Origin: the human T2T-CHM13v2.0 reference genome, Homo sapiens
NCBI RefSeq assembly: GCF_009914755.1
Contig: NC_060928.1
Direction: 5' to 3' (one strand)
Length of the DNA stretch: 64,000 bases
The position numbers and the translations under genes are program-made. Below the pieces are notes generated by a model, which saw nothing but the letters and a program-made list of their open reading frames with translations, had not been told where the DNA came from and made no database searches. Numbering within the stretch: the first letter of the stretch is position 1; each line of letters opens with the position of its first letter. Below are positions 58,424-64,000 of the stretch, piece after piece.

Positions 58424-58965
58424 AGTATTAAGGTTCTCTAGAGGGACAGGACTAATAGGATAGATGTATATGTGAAGGGGAGTTTATTAAGGAGTATTGA
58501 CACACGATCACAAGGTGAAGTCCCACAATAGGCTGCCTGCAAACTGAGGAGCAAGGAAGCCAGTCTGAGTCCCAAAACCTCAAAAGTAGGGAAGCTGACA
58601 GTGTAGCCTTCAGTCTGTGGCCAAAGGCCTGAGAGCCCTTGCAAATCACTGATGTAAGCCCAAGGGTCCAAAAGCTGAAGAACTTGTAGTGTGATGTGTG
58701 AGGGCAGGAAGCATCCAGCACAGAAAAAAGATGAAGCCCAGAAGACTCAACAAGTTTGCTCTTTCCAACTTCTGCCTGCTTTATTCTAGCCCCTGCGCTG
58801 GCAGCTGATTAGATTGTGCCCACTCAGATTGAGGGTAGGTCTGCATCTCCCAGTCCACTGACTCAAATGTTCATCTCCTTTGGTAACACCCTCACAGACA
58901 CACCCAGGAACAATACTGTATATTCTTAAATCCAATCAAGTTGACACTCAGTGCTAACCATCACA
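58424..58965 (-). mobile_element. ERVL solo LTR, MLT2A-like
   Basis: GGTTCTCTAGAGGGACAGGACTAATAGGATAG...CAAGTTGACACTCAGTGCTAACCATCACA. Confidence 0.9.
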
Positions 58966-60588
58966 GTATATTTGAGGGTTTTACATGCACAGTCACTTTC
59001 ACAAGCAACAATCATTATGTAAGACATCCTTTCCTCCCATCACTCCCCTTTTGAGGTATGTGAGTGCTCAGTGACAAACACAAAGCAGATTAGGTAAGAC
59101 AAAAATAAAAGGTAAATCAGAAGCTTCATGTAGGTTTTACAAAATGTTTGGCCTTTCAAATATGAATAGAAATTTGATAGAAAGCCTGAAAAACAAATAC
59201 TGTTTGTATAAAAATTTATTTATAGAGATGGCAGATTCATTGAATTTTCTGAAATTATATAAAAATATATAAGAAACACATATTGGAAGATTATAGTAAT
59301 GAATCTAAAGATTTGGATATCATTTAATTTGAGCCGATATTTTATAAATGAGAAAAATGAAGCCAGCTAATTCAGATATTAGCCCCAAATCACAGTTTAC
59401 TTTTTAATCCTTAGGAGCATTTAAAATAAAGTAGTAAGTAATGTGATAATTTTTGATTCACTTAACAATTTTATGGATTGTGAAGGCAGAAATTGCTATC
59501 CTGATTCTATTGACAAGATAAACCTTTAGCTGTAAGAAGTCAAGTTAGTTTATTTCTGATAGAATTATAACTATTGTCTCTACCAGAGCTCTTGAAATCT
59601 TGTGAATTAATCTTGGAACGGTAAGTTTCTATCATCATTTCATGCAAGAGAATAGAACAACAAAACCCAACAAGACATTCCATGAGAAAAAAACAAAACA
59701 CCAACAAAACCCAACATCTTGAGGAATAGCCTAGGAATGCTTAAGAACTATGGAATACTCTGTCACTTTGTACAATTCTTTCAACTGCCTCGGTCAACTT
59801 GGGGCTGGATTCACTAGCCAAAGAACAGAAAATATTTTGTATTTAATAATAACATGGTGAATAATAATATGTTCCTTAGTACAAATATGATTTCTAGAAC
59901 TGAAACAAAAAATAAAATTAATTGTAGAATTCTTTAGAAATTGACATGTAGAAAATACGTCAAATATATCCTATATATGTCAACTGAAGCCCTTAGAAGA
60001 TAGGTTTAAGATCTTTACTCATCAGTTTTTTTGGTGTTTGATAAAATTGGAATGCCAATTAATCTAAAATAAACTCTGATTTGGAGCTAATATCTCAATT
60101 ATCTGGTTTCATTTTTCTTATTTATAAAATATCAACTCAAACTAAATGGCATCTAACATACTTTCAGCCTCCAAACTCTGGGACTATTAATTTAAAAGTA
60201 TTTACTAAATTTCTGAAATTAGATCTAGATTCATTTTTAATATCATATTTGTTACATATCCAGAGCTGGATGTATAGAACCCAGTAATAAGAATCAGTCA
60301 AAAATACATGTCTTAGGAACAAATAGATGACATTTTCCATAGGAAGTTTAATTTTAGTCAAACTGTTATGCCTTGTGTTTCTAACTTCAGCTTCTCTTGA
60401 CAATTCCCCCTTTCTCTGTCATTCACTTCTATTCTTGTCTGTTTTTAAAGTCTTTACACAGATTTCTTTGACAGCATTTAAGAACAGCTTATCTTTAGTA
60501 AATAAGTATACTGAAAATCACCAATTATTAGACTATAAGTTTCCCTGAAGCAGAGATTAGTTTGTCCTTTATAGCATGGTCATAATAG

Positions 60589-61193
60589 TGATATGGCTCC
60601 AATGACCGGAGAAACACCCTGGTCCCTTGTCTCACACGGATAAGATTAATGACACGGACACACGTGGAGTGGTTTTAAGGAGAGGAAAGTTTAATAGGCA
60701 AGAAAGAAGAAAAAAGCTCCCCCATACAGAGGGAGTGGGGGCTCTGAACAGATAAAAACCCCTGCCCCTTCCACAGAAAGCAGTCAGTTATACTGGGAGG
60801 CTGGAGGAGGCGGTGTCTGATTTGCATAGGGCCCAGGGGATTGGTTTTACCAGGTGTGTCATTCACGTAGCCAGTGAAAAAAACTGGCCCTCCCACCTTA
60901 GCCATTTAATGTACAGATGCAGGTCGCCATGATGTCTTGCACAGGTGGTGTTATCTAGAGGCAGCCATGACACCTGGCGTATGTGGTGACTAGAAGAGGG
61001 AGGGAACCGCCATGTTGGGTGGATCAGGTTTCTATTTCCCAGCATTTGCATATCAATGCTTGCCGGTCAGGCTTTTCACTTTTCTATTAGAAAAGAAATG
61101 TTTTGGGAGCTTTTTATTAAAAGAAAAAGCCTTACCGAGGACTCCTTACCCTTTCTCCATACCTAAAATAATTTCTTAATAACTTCTATAATA
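60589..61193 (-). mobile_element. ERV1 solo LTR, MER50-like
   Basis: 4-bp TSD ATAG (60585-60588 / 61194-61197); CCTTACCGAGGACTCC...CCTAAAATAATTTCTTAATAACT. Confidence 0.87.
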
Positions 61194-62622
61194 ATAGTAT
61201 CACCAAAGTCATGAGTTTCGATGAGGATGAAATAAAATGATTCACAGATTGACTCTTCACAGAGTACACATTCAGTAACTGTTAAGTGTTATGATTGTTA
61301 CTATTTGTCTCTATTCACATCTGTAAGTGTGTTGAGCATAACAGGAGCTCCACAGATGAATTCAGTGAATCTAATATATAAACACGCATATTTAGTCTTA
61401 TACAATCTGAGGTAACTCTGCCTTTGTTTTTTGTTTAGCTACTTTAAATGTCATGTGGTTATCATATAGTAGTAACAAATCATTGTAACAAGGGTACGTC
61501 ATTGAAGAAGCAAATGTTGTATCAACTTTAAGTATTACCAATAATAACTTCGAAAAATTATTATTTTTACTAAAGCTATTATAAATAGATTCTCAAAAGA
61601 GTCTACTAAGAGAGCTGCATTTTCTTCTAAAAGGCTGAATTAATAGTTTGAAAGGTTTTGCAGATCCATCAATGGCATGGAATGTTAATACAAAATAAAA
61701 GGCCATCTCAGTTTCTGTAGCATCTATAGATATTGCATTTAAGTGTTTAAATTAGAATATGGCTAGCAAAAGCATTCTATGAATTATTGGCATTTTCAAT
61801 CTGCACACTCCAGGATGAAATTCATTAGGAGGTGTTAATTTTGGAAACAAATTATATAAAGCCATTGTAATACAAGGTACTTGAGCAGCACTTTTATTCA
61901 GTGATGCATGGGTATTATTTGAAAAACATAATTTAGAAGCTGAGCTGCAGAGATTACTCCTCTCATTAAATAAAGGATTAGTACTTTATTTACTGAAAGT
62001 GACAGATGTCTGTCAGAATTTTTGATATGCAATATACCAAAAAATTGAATGAACTTCACATTTTTTTTTATTTCTATTTACTGAAGTGCTTCTGTATTTC
62101 TTGGTAGAAGTGAAATGGAAGAAGAGAATTATCTGTTTTGGAATAATAACTATTAGGGAGACATGAGTTATTCAGCACAGGTTCGTTTCCAGTTATAAGA
62201 GAAATCTTGGTTTTCCTTAGTCAAGAAATGTGGAAACCATTTTTTTTCCTGTATTTTATCTTCTCTAGAGAGTTGCTTTGTAACACTAGTACACTAGTCT
62301 CAAGGGGTGATAGCACTGAAAAGTGTGTCATTCTGTCCCTTTCTTTGAAAATACCATAGTGCCATTTAGTCATTGCACAAAGCATGGCAAATATTAATTA
62401 AGCTCTGTTTATGTGTTGAGCACTGTAGATGAGTAAGATGAATTTTTATCTTATTGAACATCAATAATGAATAATATCGAAACCTGAATTCCTGTTTCAA
62501 CTTGACCTAAACAAAGCCTAGCTACCTAAACTTATTAGCCATAGAGCCATGGTATTTGTGCCTCAGTTTCCCCATTTGAAAAGTTGGGATAATGAGAATG
62601 CCTGCATTTAAATGTCTACTTA

Positions 62623-62921
<299 letters not shown>

Positions 62922-63336
62922 AAAAGTCTACTCAGTTTTGTATGCAAAATTTCAGTACTTAATGAATGAATATTATACCAGATATAGTGCCTACCCTCAG
63001 GGAGATTCTATTTATATTTTTGTCTTTTCTAAAGTATGCTTTTTCATGGATTTGATGACAGGGAGGAAATGGAGAGCAAGAGTACAACAATTAAACTGTG
63101 TTTCATTGAGTTTGTATGTTGTGAGCATATGGTATTAGACAAACGGCAGGACTCTGCCACCTACCAAGGTTGACCTTGGTCAAATCCTTTAGTGTTTAGA
63201 CCCTCTTTACTCTTCTCTGATGGGAATAATAAATACAATATCACATTGTTATGCTGTTAATACTTCAATAATTAAATAAGGTGATTCATGTGAAAGCATT
63301 TTATTAAATTATAAAATGCTGTTCATATATAAAGTA

Positions 63337-63846
<510 letters not shown>

Positions 63847-64000
63847 TAGTATTGTGAGCTTTTGATTATGCAACTGGTTGTGATTAGGTAACTGGTTGTG
63901 ATTTTTTTATTACTTTCTTATTTTGCCTTTCTGCCATATCCCAACTGCCCAGCTGCCATGTGATAAGGGTACCCAAATGTATTTTAATAGTCTAAACCAA

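Overview
This is AT-rich, CpG-depleted primate genomic DNA, probably human; it is not microbial (about 24 Alu/FLAM copies plus L1, L2, MIR, solo LTRs and Tigger1). The only protein-coding sequence I can support is one 110-nt internal exon on the + strand (14115-14224). It encodes (R)[36 protein letters not shown], the C-terminal part of the lectin (RBL/SUEL) domain of latrophilin-3 (ADGRL3/LPHN3). The rest appears to be two very large flanking introns. The other ORFs I could assign are Alu, L1, Tigger1 or LTR read-through, and the remainder look like chance ORFs. I found no convincing novel biological system. The most worthwhile observations are: two nearby Tigger1 copies that seem to share derived mutations, a twin-primed (5'-inverted) old L1, candidate intronic polyadenylation sites that could give lectin-only ADGRL3 products, Alu orientation flipping across the exon, nested insertions, and several palindromes and micro-duplications. 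Repeat subfamily names come from my memory of consensus sequences and need RepeatMasker/Dfam confirmation. Boundaries of the older repeats are approximate.
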